DNA of 64,000 nt, taken from positions 156,949-220,948 of the forward strand of contig JACKGI010000001.1 in assembly GCA_020632015.1 (NCBI GenBank), given 5' to 3'. This DNA is from Candidatus Nomurabacteria bacterium (GTDB lineage: Bacteria; Patescibacteriota; Minisyncoccia; Phycocordibacterales; UBA918). Positions 48,591-58,694 of this stretch are shown piece after piece. A model generated the notes under the pieces. The model did no database searches and was not told the DNA's origin. It saw nothing but the letters and a program-made list of their open reading frames with translations. A program made the position numbers and the translations under genes. Position 1 is the first letter of the stretch. Every line of letters starts with the position of its first letter.

Positions 48591-49262
48591 ATGGGCTACA
48601 ATGTTTTTGGTTCTCTGGAGCAGTCGATGATTGCCCTTTGGGTAGATATCATGCGTTTTCTACCAGAGTTGTTAATGGCCATTTTGGTCTTGGTTGTTGG
48701 TTGGATTATTGGAGGAGTAGTAAGTGGAGTGGTGCGTAAGGGGTTCAAGGTCTTACGTCTTGATGATGCTCTTGATAAAGCAGGTGTTGATTCCTTGTCA
48801 CAAAAAGCTGGTTACGATTTTAAGCCAGGTCATTTTGTGGGCGCACTAGCAAAGTGGTTTGTTATTATCGCTTTTGCGTTGGTGGCGTTTGACATTTTGA
48901 ACCTTGGTTCAGTCACTATCTTCGTTAGAGAAGTAATACTTGGTTACTTACCAAATGTATTTGCAGCGGTACTAATTTTGTTCGCGTCAGTATTGATTGC
49001 TAATGTAGCAAGCAAGACTTTGGCGGCAGCTCTTCGAACAGGGGGTGGTAGCCGGCCTGATTTCTTTGGCAAGATTGCTTACTATCTAGTGATTGCCTTT
49101 GGTATTTTGGCGGTAATGAATCAGCTACAAATCGCGGATGAGTTAGTCCAAACACTGTTTACAGGAATTGTATTTGCACTGTCACTCGGTATTGGTCTAG
49201 CTTTCGGTCTTGGCGGAAAGGAAACAGCCGCACGATATTTGGAAGATTTGACTCGAAAATAG
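48591..49262 (+). CDS. membrane protein with repeated conserved-TM-helix segments (MscS N-terminal-like; hypothetical)
   Basis: Repeated amphipathic/TM helices each followed by a basic segment (VRKGFKVLRLDDALDKAGVD). No MscS beta domain. Terminator at 49281-49307. Confidence 0.3.
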   Translation: MGYNVFGSLEQSMIALWVDIMRFLPELLMAILVLVVGWIIGGVVSGVVRKGFKVLRLDDALDKAGVDSLSQKAGYDFKPGHFVGALAKWFVIIAFALVAFDILNLGSVTIFVREVILGYLPNVFAAVLILFASVLIANVASKTLAAALRTGGGSRPDFFGKIAYYLVIAFGILAVMNQLQIADELVQTLFTGIVFALSLGIGLAFGLGGKETAARYLEDLTRK

Positions 49263-50489
49263 TTATTCTTTTACGGAAAGAAAACCCTCCAATTTGGAGG
49301 GTTTTCTGCTTATCAGGTAACTGCGTATAGCTGTGGAAAAGATGTTGATAAAATCACACTATATTATCCAGATAGAAGGCTTGACTTTATTTTCATTTCC
49401 TATAAGATAGCCATCACGTATTTATGAGTTTTGAACAGAAAGCAACGTCGTAGCAAGTAACATCACTCGTTGATTTTTACTTGCCGCGAGAAGCGGCTTT
49501 TTTCTTCACAAACTTAAGGGGGTACGCGATATTTGACAATCACATATTCAAGAGGACAGATTGATAAGATCTGTCTTCGAAAAGTCCTGCTGTGGAATCG
49601 ACGCCCGGCAGGCAAATTCCCGTGTGAAAATTCTAAAGAATTTTCACACGGGAGTAGGTAGAGTGTCGGGAAATTAGTTTTCCGACCTAATTTTCGAGGA
49701 GCCTTTGGCGACTATGAAAATGGAAGTGCCCTTGTGGCGCTCGGAAGGTCTTTTCGTCCCCGACACTCAAACACACACACGCACCTTACTGACACTAGCA
49801 AGCGCCAGTAAGGTGCAACAGACCGGAGTATGTATCTCCGGTCGACACTCAACGGTTATGACGTAAAAATCATAACCACAAATTATACAGCGGTGTATAA
49901 CGTTCCCTACGGGAACGAAGGGTGTATGGTGGATGCCTTGGCTTCAAGAAGCGATGAAGGACGTGATATGGCTGCGATAAGTTTCGGGGAGGTGCCAAAT
50001 AACCTTTGATCCGGAAATGTCCGAATGGGGAAACCCCACTGTCATCGGCAGTGACTCTTGTATGAGAGAGCGTACCTAGGGAAGTGAAACATCTCAGTAC
50101 CTAGAGGAATAGAAAGCAATATACGGAAATTTCTTTCTGAACAGATGCATTGCATCGTGTTCAGGACTTGTTCTGAACATTGGTGCGATTGCGCCATTAT
50201 GTTCAGGAAGAAGTTTCTTGCGATCCCCTTAGTAGCGGCGAGCGAAACGGGGACAGCCCAAACCGAACATATTTATATGTTCGGGGTTGTAGGGCGGAAT
50301 CAGCATTTAGTTGCGTAAAGTTACAAAATTGATATATAGAAAAACACGTTGGGAAGCGTGACCCCAGTAGGTAATAGTCCTGTATTCGAAATGTATCAAA
50401 CTTTATTGGTCCCGTTCCTGAGTAACCCGAGACATGAATAGCTCGGGCGAACCCGCCAGTACTAACTGGCAAGGCTAAATATTCTTGGA

Positions 50490-50535
<46 letters not shown>

Positions 50536-51097
50536 GGAGAGGGGAGTGAAATAGATCTGAAACCATACATCTACAAGGAGTCGGAGCCTTTCGGGGCGAC
50601 GGCGTGCCTATTGAAGAATGAGCCGGCGAGTCTATCTTTGTTCTTTGTCTAAGTGGCAACCCCACGGAGGCACAGTGAAAGCGAGCGTTAATAGCGCGAA
50701 TATAGAGCAGGGATAGGACCCGAAGCGGGATGAGCTTGCCATGAGCAGGGTGAAGCGACTGTAATAGGTCGTGGAGGCCCGAACCGGTTGGCCGTACAAA
50801 ACCATCGGATGACTTGTGGTAAGGAGTGAAAAGCTTATCGAATTCCGTAATAGCTGGTTCTCTCCGAAACAGCTTTAGGGTTGGCGTCGCGTGTTCCCAC
50901 TGGGGGTAGAGCACTGGAAAGAAAGAACAGGGAGAAATCTCGTCTTTCTTATCAAACTCCGAATACCAGTTGGTTAAGAGCGCGGCAGTTAGACTATGGG
51001 GGCGAAGCTCCATTGGTCAAAAGGGAAACAGCCCAGACCGCCAGTTAAGGTCCCTAAATATATACTCAGTGCAAAGTGAGGAGGTGAGGATTCCTCA

Positions 51098-51132
<35 letters not shown>

Positions 51133-51215
51133 TAAAGATAGCGTAATAGCTCACTGGTCGAGAGTCCTTGCGCCGAAAATGATCGGGGCTCAAGTATATT
51201 ACCGAAACTGCGGAT

Positions 51216-51440
51216 TCGCACACTTCATTGAGGAAAAGTAAATCAACAAACAACAAAAGAGGTTTGTTATGAGTAAATTAAGAAGCAAATTTAACAAATG
51301 GGTGAGTACTCATCCATGGCTAGGAGCATTCATTTTTGTTCCAGGTATACCAATGTTATTTTTCCTGATTCTTTTCAGTCTTCCTAAAGTATAGGAATTT
51401 CCTGAGGATTCGTCCTCGGGTCCTCAATGAAGTGTGCGAG
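51216..51440 (+). other. intervening sequence (IVS) replacing the helix-45-type hairpin of 23S rRNA; carries a 41-codon ORF
   Basis: An extended perfect stem ttcgcacacttcattgagga / cctcaatgaagtgtgcgag flanks about 185 nt of AT-rich, non-rRNA-like sequence. E. coli has a short hairpin between ACCGAAGCUGCGG and GGUAGGGGAGCGUUC at this position. The ORF at 51269..51394 (MSKLRSKFNKWVSTHPWLGAFIFVPGIPMLFFLILFSLPKV) has an SD aagagg 7 nt upstream. Confidence 0.55.
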
Positions 51441-52182
51441 TGGTAGGAGAGCGTTCTTCGTTGCGATGAATCCGAGGCGGGAGCCGAGGTGGAGCACGGA
51501 GAAGTGAGAATGCCGGCACAAGTAACCGCAAGGCAGGTGAGAACCCTGCCCGCCGAAATACCAAGGTTTCCTTCGCGATGGTGATCAGCGAAGGGTTAGT
51601 CGGTCCTAAGGGAATCCCGAATGGGGGACTCGATGGATAGCAGGTTAATATTCCTGCACACTGTTATGTTCCTATGGAGGGACGGAGAGTTGTACTTATT
51701 GCCCCTTATTGGATTGGGGTTGGAGCTATGAGCGTGTCATTTAGGTAAATCCGGATGGCAATAGCGCGAGTAGAGTCTAAAGGTGAGGCTACGGCCGATC
51801 CGATTATAAGGAGCACTCTTCCGAGAAAAACTTCGTTTGGGTTAAGCATAATGGTTCCGTACCGCAAACCGACACAGGTGGTAGAGTCGAGAAGACTAAG
51901 GCGAACGAGTGAGAGGTCCTCAAGGAACTCGGCAAAATAGCGGCCGTAACTTAGGGATAAGGCCCGCCACTACATCTTCGGGTGTATGTGGCCGCAGCGA
52001 AAGATTTCCTGCCGACTGTTTACCAAAAACACAGCTCCCTGCAAACACGAGAGTGGAAGTATAGGGGGTGACGCCTGACCTATGCCGGAAGGTTAAATAC
52101 GGGGGGTGGTATGTATTTATATGTACTGCTGGACTGTATAAGCCCCGGTAAATGTCAGCGATAACTATAATCGTTCTAAGGT

Positions 52183-52388
52183 TCAGCGCACTGTCCAATA
52201 AACAGTACGCTGAAGGATTGGAACGGTTATAGGGTAAACAGCCTAGCCATAGTTACCTTGTGATGCAGAAATGCACACATAATCCAAATGCAACCAACAA
52301 GAGACCAAATGTTGCACACCTTAACATTCAATTTATTGAGATGATGGTGAAGATAGAGTCCTATTGTGCAAGCGAATAGGGGATATAG
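52183..52388 (+). other. group-I-like intron in 23S rRNA domain IV (about E. coli position 1931; no ORF)
   Basis: The flanking exons read ...CGTTCTAAGGT | AGCGTATTTCCTTGTCGGGTAAGTTCCGAC, which is contiguous E. coli-like sequence (CCUAAGGU|AGCGAAAUUCCUUGUCGGG). The 206-nt insert ends in G (omega-G) and follows an exon U. It contains aagatagagtcc, resembling the group I P7/S element AAGAUAUAGUCC. Confidence 0.5.
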
Positions 52389-53030
52389 AGCGTATTTCCT
52401 TGTCGGGTAAGTTCCGACGTGCACGAATGGCGTAACGAGTGGGAAACTGTCTCGAGGACCTGCTCGGTGAAAATACAATCCCGGTAAAGATGCCGGGTAC
52501 CTGCAGTTAGACGAAAAGACCCCAGGAGCTTTACTGTAGCTTCGTATTGGGGCTATTGAATTTATGCGTAGCATAGTGAGGAGACTTTGAAGCGGGCTTT
52601 TGGGTACCGTGGAGTCGTCAGTGAAATACTCACCTTAATTTTGGTAGTCTCTAACCCGCTGGGAAAAACCCATCGGAGACAGTGCGTGGCAGGCAGTTTT
52701 AGTGGGGCGCTACCCTCCCAAATTGTAACGGAGGGGTCTCAAGGTTGGTTAACCGCGAATGGAAACCGTGGTGATAGTGTAATGGCATAAACCAGCTTGA
52801 CTGTGAGAAGTAGATTTCGAACAGATACGAAAGTAGAGCATAGTGAACCGATGGTTGGCTTTAGATGCCGCCGGAGATTACCCGATAAAAGTTACCCTGG
52901 GGATAACAGGCTAGTTGTGCCCAAGCGTCCATAGCGACGGCACAGTTCGGCACCTCGATGTCGGCTCATCTTATCCTGGGGCTGGAGCAGGTCCCAAGGG
53001 TTTGGCTGTTCGCCAATTAAAAAGATACGC

Positions 53031-53064
<34 letters not shown>

Positions 53065-53190
53065 CTCCTATCTACTGCAGGCGTCGATTTTTGAGGAGAG
53101 TTGTTCCTAGTACGAGAGGACCGGAATGAACGAACCTCTGGTCTATCGGCTGTCACGCCAGTGGCACTGCCGAGTAGCTATGTTCGGAAT

Positions 53191-53223
<33 letters not shown>

Positions 53224-53586
53224 AACTCCAAGATTAGAAATCATTAAGTCCCCTGAGAGATTATCAGGTTGATAGGCACTAGGTGTACGCACAGTGATGT
53301 GTTGAGCCGAGGTGTACTAATTGGACGTAGTTTCCTGTAGGGAACGTTGTACATCAAAACCTTAAAATTGCAGCATTTCGGTGTTGCGCTGGCGAAAGAT
53401 TTTTGTCACTGGGCACAAGCCCCGTTCCAAAAATCTTTCTGGCGCGCCTAGAAATGCAGGCAATTTGTAAGATTTTGAACTGTGTAATTTGATGAGTGAA
53501 GTGTTACCTAATGCTCGGCTGAAAGGTCGAGCTCGAAGAGTCTCTTGAATATGTGAATTTTCAATCGCGTGAAATGGTAATTTCAC

Positions 53587-53724
53587 GGGGGTATAGAGTG
53601 TCAGTAGTTTATTCAAGGGGTACCACTTGGATGGACAAAGAATACTGGTTCTCGCGAAGGGCCTGAGCTCGCTACGAGTGCGATCAAGCAAAGGCGGTGG
53701 GTTCAATTCCTGCTACCCCTACCA
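53587..53724 (+). ncRNA. tRNA-like small RNA in the 23S-5S spacer (canonical T-arm, acceptor and encoded ACCA; 5' part non-canonical)
   Basis: The 3' end folds as T-stem GTGGG/CCTGC with loop TTCAATT, acceptor 3' strand TACCCCT, discriminator A and CCA. Complementary AGGGGTA/GGGGGTA lie at 53616 and 53587. D and anticodon arms could not be folded canonically by hand. Perfect 19-bp inverted repeats (53560-53578 and 53774-53792) bracket the unit. Confidence 0.3.
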
Positions 53725-53922
53725 TTTACGAGATGTTGTTAATCAGAGTATAAGGACTCACGACAACATCTCACCATTTCACGCGATTGAAACGAGTTGA
53801 ATACACTAATCAGAATCGAATCTTTTATGTTGGTGCTGAGGGATTGAAATTGTCTGGTAGACAATTTCAAGGGTACACAACTAAAAGTTTTTTAAAATCA
53901 AAATCGAGCCTTTCAAGTTGGT

Positions 53923-54027
53923 GCTTTGGGGGAAGGGGTACACCCGTTCTCATTCCGAACACGGCAGTAAAGTCTTCTACCACCGATGGTACTCCGCAAG
54001 GGGAAGAGTAGGTAGGCGCCAACTTGA
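53923..54027 (+). rRNA. rrf: 5S rRNA
   Basis: CCCGTTCTCATTCCGAACACGGCAGTAAAGTC is the conserved 5S loop B/C region. Helix I tcaagttggtgc / gcgccaacttga. Processing-stem inverted repeats at 53881-53911 and 54030-54056. Confidence 0.8.
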
Positions 54028-54115
54028 AGAGCTTGATTTTTAAAAACTTTTAGACCGTTCGCCCTAAAGGACTAATGTTTGTGTTCAATCGCAAGCTCTT
54101 GAACAAACATTGAGC

Positions 54116-54186
54116 ATTCCGAACACGGCAGTAAAGTCTTCTACCACCGATGGTACTCCGAAAGGGGAAGAGTAGGTAGGCGCCAA
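54116..54186 (+). pseudogene. partial duplicate of the 5S rRNA 3' two-thirds
   Basis: 71 nt identical to 53951-54023 except for one substitution (c to a in ...tactccgAaagg...). It lacks the 5' strand of helix I. A terminator follows at 54209-54236. Confidence 0.6.
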
Positions 54187-54288
54187 CATAAAGCATTTGA
54201 TTCCGACAAAAAGCCACCGCGAGGTGGTTTTTTTATTTGCTACCTTTTGCACAAAGAACGTACATCAAATCCTAATAAGGGTTATAAT

Positions 54289-54877
54289 TATGAGCATGAA
54301 AGGTTTATATAGAAAGTATGTTGGGTTCACTTTGATAGAAGTTCTGGTTGTGGCTGCGATTATTGGGATACTATCCGCCGTTGCTTACATTTCTCTCAAT
54401 GAAGCTAGAGACAAAGCAAAGATAGTGGCGGCCTATAACGACATAACTCAGTTTGAATTAGCACTACGTTCATTTAGGACTGTAAATGGTGAACCTTGGC
54501 CGGTCTTAGCGAACAACAATTACGTCACCATGCGACAACATTCAATAGATGCTTTGATTAATTGTTCTAGTAGTTGTACTTTCCCAAATTTTTCAACCTA
54601 TCTTGCTGTGGCGCCCGAGCCACTTGATGGAGTAATTAATTATTCATATGCAAACACAGGTACAGCATACGAGTGCGGTGGAGATGATAAGCATGCGACA
54701 GGGGTAAGTATTCGTATCGGTAATCTAAACGCGTCCGATCCAGATAGTCCCTTGATGGATGAGTTGTATGATTATCTAAACCAAAAAGTTGATGGCGGAG
54801 ATGACGATCGCAATTGTGGTCAAATACGACGAGGGGGAGGAAGTTCTTCCATTTACTACTTAATCGGAGATAATTAG
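54289..54877 (+). CDS. type IV pilin / pseudopilin (prepilin-type N-terminal cleavage/methylation domain)
   Basis: MSMKGLYRKYVG | FTLIEVLVVAAIIGILSAVA is a class III signal peptide with G|FTLIE. Start chosen at the internal ATG at 54289, with TATAAT immediately upstream. Confidence 0.7.
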
Positions 54878-54927
54878 TTTTTATTTTTTTAATGAGAAAT
54901 AAAAGATTTATACTATATAATTAATTC

Positions 54928-56310
54928 ATGAGTTCTATCCGTCCATGGGCATTGTGGCGCCGTATACAATATACAATTGGTTTATTTTTATCACTTAGCG
55001 TGGTTGGAGTTTTAATTTATTTTATTAATTTTTATGTCCCACCAAATTGTTTTGATGGTTTACTAAATGGAGAAGAGTCTGGAATTGATTGTGGTGGCGG
55101 TTGTGTGCAGATTTGTGCAGCTAGCCTTTTCCCTCCAAGAGTGGTTTGGGCTGACAGCTTCCAAATCACTGATAATCAATATAACGTTGTAGCTTATGTT
55201 GAAAACACAAACCAAACAGCAGGTACGCCAGAGCTTGAATACACTTTTGAACTCTTTAATGGTGATACGAAGATAGGAGAGAGGACCGGCAAGACAGTGT
55301 TGCCACCAAACAGTGTTTACCCAATATTTGAAGGTAGGGTATTCGTAGACGCTGACAAGCTTGTTACTGATACAAACATTATTTTAAAACCAGCAAACCT
55401 CTGGCTACCCTCATCGGTGGGGCGAGACCAGTTCCGTTCAGTCGATATAAACTTGTCTGGCGCAGACAGTCGACCCCAGTTGAGTGTTGAGATAGAAAAT
55501 ACCGCCTTAGTACCAGCCGAAGATATAGAAGTGGTGGCGACGGTGTTCAACGAGAAAGGGGAGGCTGTTACTGCCTCTCAGACCTTCATAGATAAAATAG
55601 AAGCCCGTTCTACAGAAGATATCGTCTTTACTTGGCCAAATCCAATTGCAAAAACAGTGAAGAGTTGTGTTATTCCGACCGATGTTGTATTGGCGATTGA
55701 CTTGTCTGGAAGTATGAATAATGACGGAGATAATCCGCCACAGCCGGTAACAAAAGCACTTGAAGCAGCTGGTAATTTCGTAGAAGAACTTAATGACAAG
55801 GATCAAGTTGGGGTAGTAACTTTTGCCACAGAGGCAGAAGAAATTACTTTTTTGACTTCCTCACATGGAAAGACAGCTGAAGCTGTACGAAGACTGTCGA
55901 TAAATCCTAAAGAAGAGGCCGGTTTTACAAATACTGTAGATGCTCTGAAGCTATCGAATTCAATACTCAATTCTGAAAGGCATAACGGAGACGCAAGGCG
56001 AGTTTTGGTGTTGTTGACTGATGGTTTACCTACCGCCGAGGGTGATAGAGATATTGTGGCCGAGACAGAAATGACAGCCAAGGCAATCAATGAGAATGGG
56101 GTAGAGATATTTGCGATTGGTTTAGGTAGTGGAGTTGATCAGAACTTCATTAGAAGTATCGCTTCAGCTAACGCCAATGCATACTTTGCCCCTACAGGAG
56201 CGGACTTAAATAGTATCTATACCAAAATTACCTCGTCACTTTGTGAGGCTGGACCAACCAAAATAGATGTAGTTGCTAAGACAGAAACCAACTTTGCGCC
56301 AATTCGCTAG
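54928..56310 (+). CDS. membrane-anchored protein with a von Willebrand factor A (vWA, MIDAS) domain; pilus/adhesion-associated
   Basis: N-terminal TM helix. VVLAIDLSGSMNN (DxSxS MIDAS)...VGVVTFATEA...VLVLLTDGLPT...EIFAIGLG is the vWA pattern. Confidence 0.6.
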   Translation: MSSIRPWALWRRIQYTIGLFLSLSVVGVLIYFINFYVPPNCFDGLLNGEESGIDCGGGCVQICAASLFPPRVVWADSFQITDNQYNVVAYVENTNQTAGTPELEYTFELFNGDTKIGERTGKTVLPPNSVYPIFEGRVFVDADKLVTDTNIILKPANLWLPSSVGRDQFRSVDINLSGADSRPQLSVEIENTALVPAEDIEVVATVFNEKGEAVTASQTFIDKIEARSTEDIVFTWPNPIAKTVKSCVIPTDVVLAIDLSGSMNNDGDNPPQPVTKALEAAGNFVEELNDKDQVGVVTFATEAEEITFLTSSHGKTAEAVRRLSINPKEEAGFTNTVDALKLSNSILNSERHNGDARRVLVLLTDGLPTAEGDRDIVAETEMTAKAINENGVEIFAIGLGSGVDQNFIRSIASANANAYFAPTGADLNSIYTKITSSLCEAGPTKIDVVAKTETNFAPIR

Positions 56311-56355
56311 TGTCGACAAGTTCCAGAAGATTTTGTTTAGCGTACAATAGTAAGC

Positions 56356-57474
56356 ATGGGACAACTCCGTACACTATTTGGTGGTTTTGATGCGATTCTT
56401 TTCTTTAGTATGCTCGGCTTAACCCTAATGGGTTTGGTGACAATGTATTCTCATGTCGGTGATAATTCATTTTTTAACCGTCAGATTCTCTGGATTTTTC
56501 TCGCTTCAATAGTGTTATTTGTAGCCATAATTCCCGACTACCGTTTTCTGCGGTCTGGGAACATGGCCTTCTTTTTGTATTTAGCGACGATGTTTTTTTT
56601 GATTCTGGTGCTAATTATCGGAGAGGTTACTTTAGGTGCTCAAAGTCGGTTTGACCTAGGGTTCTTTTCTCTTCAGCCATCAGACCCAGCAAAGCTGGTT
56701 TTGATTATTTTGTTGGCTAAGTATTTTGCTAAACGCCACGAGATGATTGGTGATTTTAGACACATTTTGGTTTCTGGTTTTTATGCAGTATCAATTTTTG
56801 GTTTAGTTTTTATTCAGCCTGACTTTGGGTCAGCCATTATTCTTTTCTTTGTTTGGTTAGGTATGGTGCTTGTTTCTGGTATAAAAGTTAGGCACTTATT
56901 GACGGTCTTTTTGCTGGGTATTGTTGCGTTTGGAATGATGTGGCAGTTCGCTTTTCAGGATTATCAAAAGGAACGTATTATGACTTTTCTTGATCCGTTG
57001 TCTGATATTCAAGGAGCCGGATATAACGCCTATCAGTCTACTGTAGCTATCGGTTCGGGTGAAATATTCGGTAAAGGTATCGGCTATGGAACACAGTCAA
57101 AACTACTGTTTTTGCCGGAATATGAGACTGATTTTATCTTCGCCGCTTTTGCTGAAGAATGGGGCTTAGTCGGGGTAGTTTTATTGTTTACATTATTTTC
57201 AATTTTAGTTTGGCGCTTATTGCATCACGCAGTTGCCGCTGACACTAACTTCGAAAGACTGTTCGCCTCTGGTGTTTGTATGCTCTTGGTGGCTCACTTC
57301 TTTGTTCATATTGGAATGAATATCGGCCTACTTCCGGTAACCGGAACCACCATCCCGTTTCTTAGCTACGGGGGTTCTCACTTAATGACCGAATTTCTTG
57401 CTGTTGGTATGGTAATGGGGATGTGTCGGTATTCGCCGGTGAGATATCAAGCATCCGATGTATTAGAGGCGTAA
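56356..57474 (+). CDS. SEDS-family peptidoglycan polymerase/lipid II flippase (FtsW/RodA)
   Basis: 10 TM helices. Conserved FIFAAFAEEWGLVG and GTTIPFLSYGGS motifs. Confidence 0.8.
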   Translation: MGQLRTLFGGFDAILFFSMLGLTLMGLVTMYSHVGDNSFFNRQILWIFLASIVLFVAIIPDYRFLRSGNMAFFLYLATMFFLILVLIIGEVTLGAQSRFDLGFFSLQPSDPAKLVLIILLAKYFAKRHEMIGDFRHILVSGFYAVSIFGLVFIQPDFGSAIILFFVWLGMVLVSGIKVRHLLTVFLLGIVAFGMMWQFAFQDYQKERIMTFLDPLSDIQGAGYNAYQSTVAIGSGEIFGKGIGYGTQSKLLFLPEYETDFIFAAFAEEWGLVGVVLLFTLFSILVWRLLHHAVAADTNFERLFASGVCMLLVAHFFVHIGMNIGLLPVTGTTIPFLSYGGSHLMTEFLAVGMVMGMCRYSPVRYQASDVLEA

Positions 57475-58601
57475 ACATTAAAAGTCTGACTCGACATATT
57501 TTCAATTGAAAAGTTTTTTTCTATTTCAGCTTTTAGATTTTGTCCCAATTCTCGTCGCATTCCTTCATCACGAAACAACATCTCTAAGGTAGTAGAAAGT
57601 AGTTTTGGAGTTGGTTCAATTAGGAAGCCAGTTCTGCCAGTCTCAATAATATCTCGATTGCCAGGTAAATCACTTGCAATAGTCGGAAGTTCAGCCATGC
57701 CGGCTTCCATTAATACGTAGGGCAAACCCTCTTTTTTGGACGGCAGAATAAAAACATCATATGCTTTTAGGTAGGGGGCACCCTCGACAAAACCAAGTAA
57801 ATGAACCCTTTTTTGGAGGTGATTGTCTTTAATTAGTTTTTCTAGGTTAGCTCTTTCTTCGCCTTCACCAATAATAACCAAGTGAATCTTTTCTGGTAGG
57901 GAGGTCATGGCCATTATTACAGATGACCAGTTTTTGTTTGGGTGTAGCTCACCCATCCCACCAATCCAAAAAGACCGAGGAGGAATTTCGGGAGAAAGTG
58001 TTTTTCGCGCACTGGGTTTGTCTAAGAAGTTAATTGTTGATACGCCGTTTTTTACTAAGTAGATTTTGTTAGTCAAACATGGCATACGCCTTGCTCTATC
58101 AAATGTTTCGGTCGAAATCATAATGGTTTTGTGAGCCAGTTTGATGGTTAACCAAGTACCTATGTATATTAAAAATCTTTGCCAATAAGGGCGCCAAACT
58201 TCGTCAATGGTCAAACCGTGTGAAGTGAATATTATATTTTTTACTCCAGCTAGCCGTCCTGCTAAGGCACCGACACCACCGGCCTTGGAGCTAGTCACAT
58301 GTAGGACGTCAGGTTTTTGTTTCCTGACTATGTTCCAAACTTCAAATATAGAAAGAATATCACTGAAAAAGGACATGTCACGTAGAAAATTTTTTACTTT
58401 AATAACAGGAATATTATTTGCTTGGAGTTTTGTTACAAGCTGGCCTGTGGGGGCACCGGCTTTGCCGGTGCCCCCACAGGCCACCACTACATCATGACCG
58501 GCATTTTTAGCAGAAACTGCCAAGTCCAGCACATACTTTTGGGCGCCACCATAATTACTTTTGGTAATTAGATATAGGATTTTAAGTTTCTTTTTAGGCA
58601 T
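57447..58601 (-). CDS. glycosyltransferase family 1 (GT4-type)
   Basis: N-terminal GGAQKYVLDLA-type Rossmann region and the C-terminal E-x7-E region (FILPSKKEGLPYVLMEAGMAELPTIASD). Confidence 0.75.
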   Translation of the reverse strand: MPKKKLKILYLITKSNYGGAQKYVLDLAVSAKNAGHDVVVACGGTGKAGAPTGQLVTKLQANNIPVIKVKNFLRDMSFFSDILSIFEVWNIVRKQKPDVLHVTSSKAGGVGALAGRLAGVKNIIFTSHGLTIDEVWRPYWQRFLIYIGTWLTIKLAHKTIMISTETFDRARRMPCLTNKIYLVKNGVSTINFLDKPSARKTLSPEIPPRSFWIGGMGELHPNKNWSSVIMAMTSLPEKIHLVIIGEGEERANLEKLIKDNHLQKRVHLLGFVEGAPYLKAYDVFILPSKKEGLPYVLMEAGMAELPTIASDLPGNRDIIETGRTGFLIEPTPKLLSTTLEMLFRDEGMRRELGQNLKAEIEKNFSIENMSSQTFNVYASNTSDA

Positions 58602-58694
58602 GGATATTGTTATTGTAACAACAATAACTCAATTATGGTTATTTTACTTGCTTATATGTGAAACTTAGGTAGGATTTAGGCATTAATTACGGAT

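Noticed and set aside
49765-49785. (ca)5 dinucleotide repeat acacacacacgc in the 23S leader
   Set aside because: It is too short to be a meaningful microsatellite or phase-variation tract. It is probably part of leader secondary structure.
53587-53920. tmRNA (ssrA) interpretation of the tRNA-like element in the 23S-5S spacer
   Set aside because: No tag-peptide reading frame ending in a hydrophobic ...AA stop is evident, and no UUCGAC-type D-analog is at the 5' end. The region is too short for a one-piece tmRNA. It is kept only as a generic tRNA-like RNA.
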